From Pseudomonadota bacterium (GTDB lineage Bacteria > Desulfobacterota > Desulfovibrionia > Desulfovibrionales > Desulfovibrionaceae), in contig JAEWCY010000001.1 in the NCBI GenBank assembly GCA_023390395.1, forward strand, positions 4,515 to 68,514: a DNA stretch of 64,000 nucleotides, given 5' to 3'. The notes under the pieces were generated by a model. It saw only the letters and a program-made list of their open reading frames with translations. It had not been told where the DNA came from and did not search any database. How positions within the stretch are numbered: position 1 is the stretch's first letter; each line of letters starts with the position of its first letter. The position numbers and the translations under genes were made by a program. Of the stretch, positions 28,631-37,232 are shown piece by piece.

Positions 28631-29426
28631 GGTGCTTCCCGAACCGCTTCTCGTAGCGCCGCTTCTCCGTGTCCGTCCAAAAGCCGCTCACCGGGGCCAC
28701 GCCGGCGTTTATGGCCAGCCAGTCCGGGTTGGCCCCGAGCAGCCGGGCCACCTCCGGCAGGCCGAAGGCGGGATCGGCCGGGTACAGGGCGTCGTAGATC
28801 CTCTCGATCAGGACGAAGTCCGCCGGCGTGTCCAGGGTCAGGCGCGCCTCGGGCAGCACGGGCTCCTCCCGGTAGCTGGCCAGGTCGAACTGCTCGGGAT
28901 GCTGGTGGAGGTAGACGATGACGTTTTCCTCGTTCCTGCGGCGCTCGTCCTCGGGCAGGCCGGCCACCACGTCCCGGATGCGCCGGAAGACGCCGGCCCG
29001 GAAGATCTCGGCGTCCAGGCCCAGGGGGAAGCAGCGGTCCAGGGTGTTGCTCAGGTATTCGGGCGCGCGCCGACGGTATTCCCCGAGCATCCGGCCGACG
29101 AGGCCCGGATCGACCAGGGGCGAGTCCCCGCCGAGGCGCACCACCGCGTCCAGCCCGAAGGCCTCGACGGCGTCCAGGCAGCGCTTGAGCACGTTGGCGG
29201 CGTCGCCCCGGAAGCAGGCCGCGCCGATGCGGCGGCAGAAGTGCTCGATGAGGTCGTCCTGGGGCTCGGTGGTGGTGGCCACCACCACGACGTCGAGCCC
29301 CGGCACGCGCCCGAGCCGCCGCACGATGTGCTCCAGCACCGGGACGCCGCACAGGGGCAGCATGGCCTTTCCCGGCAGCCGGGAGGAGCCCATCCGCGAA
29401 AGAACGATCGCGCCGGTTTGCGTCAT
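28623..29426 (-). CDS. SpsF/PseF-like cytidylyltransferase
   Basis: LSRMGSSRLPGK, VATT..QDD, FRGDAANVLKR, RLGGDSP, FPLGLDAE, RLTLDT; ATGA overlap. Confidence 0.88.
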   Translation of the reverse strand: MTQTGAIVLSRMGSSRLPGKAMLPLCGVPVLEHIVRRLGRVPGLDVVVVATTTEPQDDLIEHFCRRIGAACFRGDAANVLKRCLDAVEAFGLDAVVRLGGDSPLVDPGLVGRMLGEYRRRAPEYLSNTLDRCFPLGLDAEIFRAGVFRRIRDVVAGLPEDERRRNEENVIVYLHQHPEQFDLASYREEPVLPEARLTLDTPADFVLIERIYDALYPADPAFGLPEVARLLGANPDWLAINAGVAPVSGFWTDTEKRRYEKRFGKHHG

Positions 29427-30676
29427 CGGTCCACCATCCCCGCTTTTCGCATGAAGTTCCGATAGGCCCGGGCCTGGTCCTCCCGGCCCATCCGGTCGTG
29501 GACGGCGGCCAGGCGGGCGAAGCAGCGCCCGACGAGCTCGCGCAGCCCGCGCGCCTCGGGTTCGGTCAGGGAGGGCGTGCCCCCCGCGGTCGCCCGGTCG
29601 AGGCGGTGCACCGCGTCCAACAGGTCGGCGTAGGTCCGCACCCCCAGCACGAGCCGCTTGGTCACGTCGTTGACGAGCCCCATGTAGGCCACGGCCGCCT
29701 GTTCCCACTCGCCCGCGCCCTCCAGGGCCCCGGCCAGGCGGAAGCGCTCCAGGGCCGCCTGGGGGCCGAGCAGGGACTCGTCCTTGATCTGGAAGAAGTC
29801 GATGTCCGGGAAGGTCCGGGGAAAATCCTCGCTCGTGCGCGTCGAGTAGTTGCTGCAGCGCGTGTAGACGATGCGCAGGCTGTCCACGCCCATCCGCGCG
29901 GCCGCGTCCTGGAGCTCCAGCAGCTCCTCGTCGGAATCGTTGAAATCGAACATGATGTACTGCCAGATGAGCCTCGGCGAGGACGCCCCGGCCGCCTCCC
30001 GGGCCTGCCGGATGCGGCGGGTGAACTCGAACACCCGGGCCACGCTGCCGTGCCTGCGGTAGCGCTGGTACTGCTCCTGGCGGGTCGAATCGATGGCGAT
30101 CTTCACCTTGTCGATGCCGCTTGGGACGATGGCCTCGCTGTAGGGGCCGTTGCCGTTGGTGCTGACGAGGATGTCCCCGCCGAGCCGGTCCTTCATGCGG
30201 CCGACCATGTCCCACAGCCGGGGATTGAGGGTGGGCTCGCCCACGCCGCAGATGTTCCCCTTGTCCAGGCGGTAGCCGGCCCGGGCCAGGGAATCGGTCA
30301 CCTCGGCCAGGACGTCCATGCCGAGAGTGGCCAGGGACGGCGGATCGTCGCGCATGCCCTCGCACCACTCGCAGTCGAGCATGCAGCGCATGGTCGGCTC
30401 CAGGTGGAACCAGCGCAGCACGCCCTCCTCCCGGACGAAGGGCGCGTCGGGTTCGAGGTAGGAGCACTGCTCGCACACGCCCGGAAACGGGGTCATGCCC
30501 TTTGCCTGGGCCTCGCGGATGCGGGCGAAGGCTCCCTTGGTGAAGACGTCCTCCACGAAATCCCCGCCCCGGCCGGGCTGGAAGCGCCCCAGGGTCACGG
30601 TCTCCCCGGCTCCGCAGTAGCAGGGCAGCCGGCCGTCGGCCCGCAGGTACAGGCCATAGGTCATCACGCAACGCAT
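29423..30676 (-). CDS. Radical SAM protein with N-terminal SPASM-like domain and C-terminal helical (TPR-like) region
   Basis: N-terminal C..ADGRLPCYC..LG..CEQC; core CMLDCEWC, GVGEP, STNG, WQYIMFDFND. Confidence 0.82.
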   Translation of the reverse strand: MRCVMTYGLYLRADGRLPCYCGAGETVTLGRFQPGRGGDFVEDVFTKGAFARIREAQAKGMTPFPGVCEQCSYLEPDAPFVREEGVLRWFHLEPTMRCMLDCEWCEGMRDDPPSLATLGMDVLAEVTDSLARAGYRLDKGNICGVGEPTLNPRLWDMVGRMKDRLGGDILVSTNGNGPYSEAIVPSGIDKVKIAIDSTRQEQYQRYRRHGSVARVFEFTRRIRQAREAAGASSPRLIWQYIMFDFNDSDEELLELQDAAARMGVDSLRIVYTRCSNYSTRTSEDFPRTFPDIDFFQIKDESLLGPQAALERFRLAGALEGAGEWEQAAVAYMGLVNDVTKRLVLGVRTYADLLDAVHRLDRATAGGTPSLTEPEARGLRELVGRCFARLAAVHDRMGREDQARAYRNFMRKAGMVDR

Positions 30677-31239
30677 GGCGCTTCCTCGAACTGGGGCAGG
30701 GGCCGGAATTCGCCGCGCAGCAGGCCGAGCCAGACCTGGTCGTGGTAGCGGCCGTCGGCCCAGATGCGCTCCCGGAACACGCCTTCCTTCTGCCAGCCGA
30801 GCCCTTCCACGCACCGCACGAAGGCCGGATTGAAGGTGCCGGCGAAGACCTTGTGCAGGTTGTGCCAGTCGAAGGCGTGCCGGGTCACCAGGTAGACCGC
30901 CTCCCGGCCGATGCCGCGGCCCCGCGCCCGGTCCGCGCCCACCAGGATGGCGATCTCGCCGCAGCGGTGCACGGGCTGGAGGTTCACCAGGGCCACGTTG
31001 CCCACGTGCTCCCCGGTGGCGCGCTCCACGATGGCCAGCACGTAGCCGCTCCGGGAGGCCTCCAGGCCCTGCTGGTAGGCGGGCATGGCCGCCCGGGACT
31101 GGGGAAAGGGCCGCCGCTGGGAATGGGCGTTGACCTCCGGGTCGTTGAGCCAGCGGAGGTACTCGTCCGTGTAGTCGCTCTCCTCCAGGGGCCGCAAAAG
31201 GACGTTTCGTCCCTTGAGGAACACGATGTCTTGGGCCAT
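30664..31239 (-). CDS. GNAT N-acetyltransferase (RimJ/RimL, PseH-like)
   Basis: LRPLEESD..WLNDPEV, HVGNV, RGRGIG, NLHKV, EGVFRE. Confidence 0.88.
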   Translation of the reverse strand: MAQDIVFLKGRNVLLRPLEESDYTDEYLRWLNDPEVNAHSQRRPFPQSRAAMPAYQQGLEASRSGYVLAIVERATGEHVGNVALVNLQPVHRCGEIAILVGADRARGRGIGREAVYLVTRHAFDWHNLHKVFAGTFNPAFVRCVEGLGWQKEGVFRERIWADGRYHDQVWLGLLRGEFRPLPQFEEAPCVA

Positions 31240-31251
31240 GGCTCCCGCTCC

Positions 31252-32277
31252 TCACTCCTTGACGGCGTAGGACGCGTCCTGGCGTTTGACGTCGCCGAGC
31301 ACCACGTCCACGGGCTTCTTCACGGCCCCGTGGTGGCATTCGGCGCAGACCGGGCTCTCCAGACGCCGCCCGTCCAGGTGCAGCCGGCGCTGCGCCCCCT
31401 GGAGCTCGTCCCAGGCCGCCTTGACGCCGTGGCCGTCCACATGCCCCAGGACCTCGCGCATGCGGAAGTCGGAGGGGCACTTGAGGTAGTTGCCCCGGCT
31501 GGTGATGCAAAGCCGCTGCCACAGCCGGGGACAGACGAACGCCGGGTCCGCCACGCAGGTGTTGTGGTCGAAATGCATGTCCGGGTTGTAGGCGACCCGG
31601 TCCACGATGGACTTCATGAGCGTGATGTAGGTCATGGGATCGTCGGCGATGGCCGACCAGATGGACTGCACGTTGAGCAGGGTGCCTGCGCCGAGCGCGT
31701 CGCGCACCCGGCGCAGGGTCCGGAGCTTGGCCAGGGATTCCTCGTACTTGAGCGGGGTGCGCACCCGTTCGTAGTTTCCGCCCAGGCCGTCGAAGCTCAT
31801 GGTGATCCAGTCCACGCCCGCGCCCATGAGCCCCCGGGCCAGGGCCTCGGTGACCATGCCGCCGTTGGTGTTGATCCAGACCTCCCGGACCCCGCTGCGC
31901 TTGGCGAAGGCCACCATCTCCACGATGTCGGGATGGAGCAGCGGTTCGCCGCGCATGCTGAACTTGAGGGTGAAAAGGCCGTGCTCGCCGCATTCCTTGA
32001 CGATCCGCTTGTACATCTCCAGGGGCATGAAGTCGTTTTCCCGCACGTCCATGTACTGGCGGAAGCAGTGCGAACACTTGATCTGGCAGCGGCTGCTGAC
32101 TTCGATGTCGATGTTCAGGGGAAAGGCGGGCACGATGCGCCGCTTGGGGTACTGGGTCCACTGGAAGCGGTTGACCAGGTAGGCGAGCCGCTTGCCGCGG
32201 CTGCGGCGCAGTTCGTTTCTCACGTACTCGGCCAAGGTCTCGCACGAGAACTGCACGTTCGTTTCCGATTTCCTCAT
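31252..32277 (-). CDS. Radical SAM protein with SPASM/twitch domain
   Basis: FPLNIDIE, CQIKCSHC, RGEPLLHP, NTNG, CPRLWQR..KC..CAEC. Confidence 0.9.
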   Translation of the reverse strand: MRKSETNVQFSCETLAEYVRNELRRSRGKRLAYLVNRFQWTQYPKRRIVPAFPLNIDIEVSSRCQIKCSHCFRQYMDVRENDFMPLEMYKRIVKECGEHGLFTLKFSMRGEPLLHPDIVEMVAFAKRSGVREVWINTNGGMVTEALARGLMGAGVDWITMSFDGLGGNYERVRTPLKYEESLAKLRTLRRVRDALGAGTLLNVQSIWSAIADDPMTYITLMKSIVDRVAYNPDMHFDHNTCVADPAFVCPRLWQRLCITSRGNYLKCPSDFRMREVLGHVDGHGVKAAWDELQGAQRRLHLDGRRLESPVCAECHHGAVKKPVDVVLGDVKRQDASYAVKE

Positions 32278-32285
32278 GGCGACTC

Positions 32286-32909
32286 TCAATGTTCCCGACC
32301 GGGGGTCGGGCCGCGGGACGGTTGCGGTTGCGGCGAAAAGCCGGGATCGAGCAGGCGCCGCACCGAAAGGGACAGCAGCGGCCCGGCCAGGGTCTTTATT
32401 TTTTCCACCAGGCTCTCCGGGGTCTCGTCCGGGGCGACGGGACAGGAGGCCTGGGCCACGATGGGGCCGGTGTCGAGCCCCTCGTCGACATGGTGGCAGG
32501 TCAGACCCGTGACGCGGTCGCCGGCGGCCAGGGCGGCCAGATGGGGCGAGCGGCCCCGGTGCCTGGGCAGCAGGGAGGCGTGGAAATTGACCATGCCCAG
32601 GCGCGGCTTGCCGTAGACGGAGGCCGGCAGCCTGGCCGGCCAGGCGTGGACCACGGCCAGCTCCGCGCCCGCCGCCTCCAAAAGCGCCGCGACGTCCCCG
32701 GGCCCGACCCCGTCGGCCGCCCGGAAGGGGATGCCCCGGGCCAGGCAGTGCTCCCGCACGACCCCGCGCCAGGGGTCGGCCGGGGCCCCGGCGCAATGGC
32801 CGAGGACCAGGCCGAGCCGGACCTCGGGCAGGACGCCCAGGGCCTTGACCAGCTCCAGGCCGAGGCCCCAGTTGACCAGGGCCGCCACGCGGATGGGCTC
32901 CCGGCGCAT
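32286..32909 (-). CDS. Sugar N-formyltransferase (formyl_trans_N domain only)
   Basis: NFHASLLPRHRG, HHVDEGLDTGPI; about 207 aa with no Fmt C-terminal domain. Confidence 0.85.
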   Translation of the reverse strand: MRREPIRVAALVNWGLGLELVKALGVLPEVRLGLVLGHCAGAPADPWRGVVREHCLARGIPFRAADGVGPGDVAALLEAAGAELAVVHAWPARLPASVYGKPRLGMVNFHASLLPRHRGRSPHLAALAAGDRVTGLTCHHVDEGLDTGPIVAQASCPVAPDETPESLVEKIKTLAGPLLSLSVRRLLDPGFSPQPQPSRGPTPGREH

Positions 32910-34186
32910 CAGGCCTCCCTGGACAGGATGGCGTCCAGATCGATGTTCGGGTCGCCGGCGCAGCCGTGCCGGCACTCGGCGCAACTGCGCAGCTCCATGC
33001 GCCGCCCCTGGGCGTGCAGCGAGCGGATGCGCTCAAGGGCCGGGCTGGACCAGTATTCCTTGATGGAGCCCTCGGCGGCGTTGCCGAGCACGATGTCCGA
33101 GGCGTTCCAGCCGGTGCAGCATTGGACGTCGCCGTTCCAGGCCACCATGATCCGCTGCCAGGGGTACTGGCAGACGAAGCCCTCCTTGAGGGTCATGGGG
33201 CCGCGAAAATTGATGTAGGGGTTGTAGACCATGTAGTCCGAGACCGGCTCCATGAGGGTCCGGTAGCGGTCGGGGTCGTGGCGGATGGCCGGCCAGATGG
33301 TGCAAAGGCGCACCTGGGGCAGGACCGAGCCCGCCGCCTCGCGCCGGGCCAGAAGGTTTCGCAGCCGGCCCCGGCTCTCCTCGAACCGGGCCGGATGGCG
33401 GATCTTCTCGTAGACCTCCTCCACCCCGTCGAAGGAGACGGCCACGTAGGACAGGCGGCTTTCCACCACGCAGTCGAGGATGTCGTCGGCGAGGTAGAAG
33501 GCGTTGGTCAGAAAGGAGACGTTGGGGATGCGGGCCGTGGCGTAGGCGATCATCTCCCGTATCCGGGGATGGGTGAGCGGCTCCCCGCGCCAGGACAGGC
33601 GCACGGAAAAGACGTGCTCCCGCTGGCATTCGTCGATGAGCGACCGGAAAAGCCCCATGTCCATCTGGCCGACGCTGGCGAGCATGCCCCGGTAGCACAT
33701 GGGGCAGTTCATGTTGCAGGTGTTGGCCGTCTCGATGTCCACGTGCAGGGGAAAGGCGGCCGTGACGCCGAGGCGCGGCCCGAGACGCCAGTAGACGCGG
33801 TTGAGCACGTATTCGAAGAAATGCCCCTGGCGCAGCACGAAGAGCCACCAGCGCAGGGGGCTGTCGAAGGGCCGCTGGTGGTGGTCCACCTCGATGCGCT
33901 CGTCGACGTGCAGGCGCGGCAGGGCGCGGACCGCGTCGTAAAAGACCCGCTGGAAGGCGTCGTGCTCCGGGAAGCGCTCGCCCACGAGCGCGGCCCAGGC
34001 GTCCAGGGGCAGGTCGAAGCCCGTGGGCGCGGCCCGGCCCCCCCAGGCGCGAAAGCCCGGCCGGGCGGAGACCGACTCCCAGAACGCCGAAAATTCCGGA
34101 TGGTCCCTGGCCTCTCCCGGGATCGGCCCGCCAAAGGCCACGGCAAGCCGATAGGCGTCGTCGTGGATGATGTCGGCGTGCAGCAT
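32909..34186 (-). CDS. Radical SAM protein with SPASM/twitch domain and N-terminal extension
   Basis: FPLHVDIE, CNMNCPMC, RGEP, LTNA, CQYPWQR..GDVQCC..LGN..CAEC. Confidence 0.9.
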   Translation of the reverse strand: MLHADIIHDDAYRLAVAFGGPIPGEARDHPEFSAFWESVSARPGFRAWGGRAAPTGFDLPLDAWAALVGERFPEHDAFQRVFYDAVRALPRLHVDERIEVDHHQRPFDSPLRWWLFVLRQGHFFEYVLNRVYWRLGPRLGVTAAFPLHVDIETANTCNMNCPMCYRGMLASVGQMDMGLFRSLIDECQREHVFSVRLSWRGEPLTHPRIREMIAYATARIPNVSFLTNAFYLADDILDCVVESRLSYVAVSFDGVEEVYEKIRHPARFEESRGRLRNLLARREAAGSVLPQVRLCTIWPAIRHDPDRYRTLMEPVSDYMVYNPYINFRGPMTLKEGFVCQYPWQRIMVAWNGDVQCCTGWNASDIVLGNAAEGSIKEYWSSPALERIRSLHAQGRRMELRSCAECRHGCAGDPNIDLDAILSREA

Positions 34187-34243
34187 GGCGTTTCTCCTCG
34201 AGGCCCGCGAACGTGGCCGGGCGCGCCCAGGCGGCCCGGGGCG

Positions 34244-35785
34244 CTACTTGAGCAGGGCGATGCAGTGCTTGACCAGGGCGACCTTGTCCAGGGGACTGCG
34301 GTTGGACATGACGCCCACGGCCTGGGCTCCGGCCAGGTTGGCCAACATCCCGGCCACTTCCATGGGCGCTCCCAGATAGGCCAGCAGGGAGGCCACCGAC
34401 AGCACCGCGTCCCCGGCGCCCACCCGGTCCACGATGTGCTTGGTGAAGGCCGGGATCTCGAAGAAGCCCTCGTCGCGGCTCCAGGACAGGCAGCCCTGCT
34501 TGCCCCGGGTGACGAGCAGGCGCGGGCAGCGCAGCCGCTCGGCCGTCTCCTCCGCCACGGCGCACAGGTCGCGGTCGCGGCTGCGCGCGGCCAGGCGGAT
34601 CTCCTTTTCCGACACGCACACGAAATCGGCCCGGGGATACTTGTGCACGGTGTTGAACCCCAGGTTGCCGGCGTTGACCTGGGCGTTGACGGCCAGAAAG
34701 GGGGCGTTTTCGGACAGCCAGTCGATGAGGTCGGCGTCGAACAGGCCATGGCCGTAGTCCGCGGCCAGCACCAGGTCCACCCGGGGCAGCAGCTCCCCGA
34801 GCACGGCCCGCATCCGGCGGGAGGCGTCCTCGCTCTCCTCGCAGCCCTGCATGATGTAGAGCTCGAAGAGCTTCTGCAGGGGATAGAGCTCCACGAAGCG
34901 GCGCTTGACGATGGTCGTCGCCTCGGGAAGCGACAGGAAATGCGGCCTGACGCCCGGGCGCAGCTGCTCCCGGACGAAGGCTTCCTGGCTGTCGCGCTCG
35001 CCCAGGCAGCTGCACAGCTCCACCGTGCCGGCGAAGGCGGCCAGGTGATTGGCGATGGCCAGGATGCCGCCGCCGGCGCGCTCCGATTCCACGAACCGGG
35101 CCGCCAGGATGGGCTCCTTGCCGGACTTGCCCAGGGTCTCGCAATAGCAGTGCTCGTCGATGATGGTCTCGCCCAGGGCCAGCACCCGCAGCCCGGCGGC
35201 CCGGTCGAGCCAGCCCAGGACGGCGTCGATGGGGTGGCGGCGGGCGAAATCCCGCAGGTACTGCGACACTTCCCGGGGAAAAGGGGAATAGTGGGCGTTT
35301 ATCAGGGAGGAGGAGCTGAACACGATGCCGTTCGTGAAATGGACGCGTCCGCCCGCGGCCTCCACGGCCCGGACCTCGTCCACGATCTTGCCGGTGGGGT
35401 CGTTGGCGGCCTCGCGGTACTCCCCGCCCTTGGCGTAGACGTCCGGCCGCAGCAGGCCGATGGTCTCCACCGCCGTGGGCCAGCGGTTCACGGCCACGAA
35501 ATCCACGCAGCCCAGGGCGGCCACGGCCTCGGCCCGCAGGGCCTCGGTGAAGGCCGGCCGGTGGGGCCCCTTGTTGACGTGGGCGTCCTGGGTGAGGGTG
35601 ACCACCAGGATGTCGCCCAGGGCCCGGGCCTCCTCCAGGTAGCGGATGTGGCCGATGTGCAGCAGGTCGAAGACGCCGTGGCAATGGACCACGGTTTTCC
35701 CTTGGCGCAGGCGGTCCAGGGTCAGCGCCAGGGCGTCCAGGTCCAGGATCTTGTCCGCGATGCGCATGGCGGCCTCGGGGCTCAT
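34244..35785 (-). CDS. Bifunctional cytidylyl/adenylyltransferase-PfkB sugar kinase (HldE/RfaE-like, reversed domain order)
   Basis: N-terminal HGVFDLLHIGH, YAKGGEY, FSSSSLI; C-terminal GETIIDE, DYGHG, DRVGAGD. Confidence 0.88.
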   Translation of the reverse strand: MSPEAAMRIADKILDLDALALTLDRLRQGKTVVHCHGVFDLLHIGHIRYLEEARALGDILVVTLTQDAHVNKGPHRPAFTEALRAEAVAALGCVDFVAVNRWPTAVETIGLLRPDVYAKGGEYREAANDPTGKIVDEVRAVEAAGGRVHFTNGIVFSSSSLINAHYSPFPREVSQYLRDFARRHPIDAVLGWLDRAAGLRVLALGETIIDEHCYCETLGKSGKEPILAARFVESERAGGGILAIANHLAAFAGTVELCSCLGERDSQEAFVREQLRPGVRPHFLSLPEATTIVKRRFVELYPLQKLFELYIMQGCEESEDASRRMRAVLGELLPRVDLVLAADYGHGLFDADLIDWLSENAPFLAVNAQVNAGNLGFNTVHKYPRADFVCVSEKEIRLAARSRDRDLCAVAEETAERLRCPRLLVTRGKQGCLSWSRDEGFFEIPAFTKHIVDRVGAGDAVLSVASLLAYLGAPMEVAGMLANLAGAQAVGVMSNRSPLDKVALVKHCIALLK

Positions 35786-36768
35786 GCCTCGCCCAGGAAC
35801 TTGAACCAGTCCCGCGTGGCTTCGGCGATGCCGGCGGCGTCCCACAGCGGGGCCTCGCGCCAATCCTCGATGTGGGCCAGCATGGCGGCCACGCCCCGCT
35901 CGAAGGAGACCTTCGGCTCCCAGCCCAGGTCGCGGCGGATGGCCGCCACGTCGGCCCAGGTCACGTCGGGCTCGCCCGGGCGCTTGGGGATATGGGTCTT
36001 CTCGCCGCCCAGGAGCTCCACCAGGCGGTTGACGGTCTGGGGCGCGCCGGCCCCCACGTTGTAGACCCCTCCGGAAACCCCGGACCGGGCCGCCGCCAGG
36101 AAGGCCTCGGCCACGTCGGAGACGAAGACGAAGTCGCGGCTCTGCTCGCCGTCGCCCACCACGGTGTAGGGTCTGCCCGCCAGCTTCTGGGCCAGGAACA
36201 CGCCGAACACCGCGCCGTAGGCCCCGGTGGTGCGCGAGCGCGGGCCGTAGACGTTGAAAAGCCGCAGGGAAACGGCGGCCAGGCCGTAGGTGCGGGCCCA
36301 GTGCAGCACGTATTCCTCGCCGATGCGCTTGGTCAGGGCATAGGGATACATGGCCTCCACCGGGGCCTCCTCGGTGGTCGGCATCTGGGTGGCCAGGCCG
36401 TAGCAGGAGGAGGAGGCGGCGTAGACGAAGCGCGACGCCCCGGCGGCCCGGGCGGCCTCGAGGACCTTGACCGTGCCGTCGGTGTTGACCGCGTGGTAGC
36501 GCAGGGGGTCGCGTATGGACGGAACGATGTCCGCCAGCCCGGCCAGGTGGAAGACCCACTGCGCCCCGTCGAAAGCCCGCGCAAGGCCCGGGGCGTCGGT
36601 GACGGAGACCTGCTCGAAGCGCGCCCCCCGGGCCAGGGCCTGTTCCAGGTTGGAGAGGCGGCCCGTGCTCAGGTCGTCCACCACCACCACCTCGTGCCCC
36701 GCGTCCAGAAGGTGGTCCGCCAGATGGCTGCCAATGAAACCCGCCCCGCCGGTGACTATCGCGCGCAC
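35782..36768 (-). CDS. NAD-dependent epimerase/dehydratase
   Basis: VTGGAGFIGSH, AASSSCYG, YALTK, RLFNVYGPR; GTG after GAGGA (alternative ATG at 36804). Confidence 0.92.
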   Translation of the reverse strand: MRAIVTGGAGFIGSHLADHLLDAGHEVVVVDDLSTGRLSNLEQALARGARFEQVSVTDAPGLARAFDGAQWVFHLAGLADIVPSIRDPLRYHAVNTDGTVKVLEAARAAGASRFVYAASSSCYGLATQMPTTEEAPVEAMYPYALTKRIGEEYVLHWARTYGLAAVSLRLFNVYGPRSRTTGAYGAVFGVFLAQKLAGRPYTVVGDGEQSRDFVFVSDVAEAFLAAARSGVSGGVYNVGAGAPQTVNRLVELLGGEKTHIPKRPGEPDVTWADVAAIRRDLGWEPKVSFERGVAAMLAHIEDWREAPLWDAAGIAEATRDWFKFLGEA

Positions 36769-37070
36769 AGCATGTCCTCGCAGTTCAAAAGATTCTTGAT
36801 CCATCCGGGCCCTTTCGGGTCTATCCCAACCGGCCGCCGATGGCCACCATGCCGCCTCCGGGCCGCCCCGGCGGCGACCGTCGCGGCCTTGCCGCGAAAC
36901 CGCGGGGCCGTTGCGGCGGCATCGACCGTCCGATGCGTCGCGCGGCCCGGGTTTTCCGACGCGCCGTCAATTCCGCGACGCTTCGGGCCGGAATCGGCGG
37001 CCGGGACCCGTCGGCCGACGGGCCGTTTCCGCGCCCCGCCCCGTAATCCCTGCCGCATCGCGAAATTCTT

Positions 37071-37086
37071 AGCAAATCCCATGCCG
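37071..37086 (-). promoter_or_regulatory. Putative sigma-54 (-24/-12) promoter for the minus-strand glycan operon
   Basis: Minus strand reads CGGCATGGGATTTGCT (GG-N10-GC with TTGC). Confidence 0.6.
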
Positions 37087-37232
37087 GCACAAGACAGCGG
37101 GAAACAGTCCCCCGGCGACAGCCCCGGCGCGCCGGGCCGCGAGCGCCTTGCACCCTTGTGAGTTGCCATCGTTTCGAAATGGTGTAGCACCCAGGGCGAC
37201 GGGCAATCCGAACATCGAGGAGGCGAGGCGAC

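Noticed and set aside
32286..32909. Methionyl-tRNA formyltransferase (fmt)
   Set aside because: Too short, lacks the C-terminal tRNA-binding domain, no adjacent def; sugar N-formyltransferase fits better
14709..34186. RiPP cluster suggested by multiple SPASM-type radical SAM genes
   Set aside because: No precursor peptide, PqqD/RRE protein, peptidase or exporter seen; the context is entirely nucleotide-sugar enzymes
32966..36064. 1032-aa plus-strand ORF and similar long ORFs (3780-5840, 11040-13397, 47672-50779, 52811-55537, 52813-55602)
   Set aside because: Antisense or off-frame shadows of well-supported genes in high-GC DNA; Arg/Gly/Pro/Ala-rich with no motifs
36769..37070. Cobalamin, SAM or c-di-GMP riboswitch in the long leader
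   Set aside because: No recognisable conserved riboswitch boxes by eye; an Rfam search would be needed to exclude one formally
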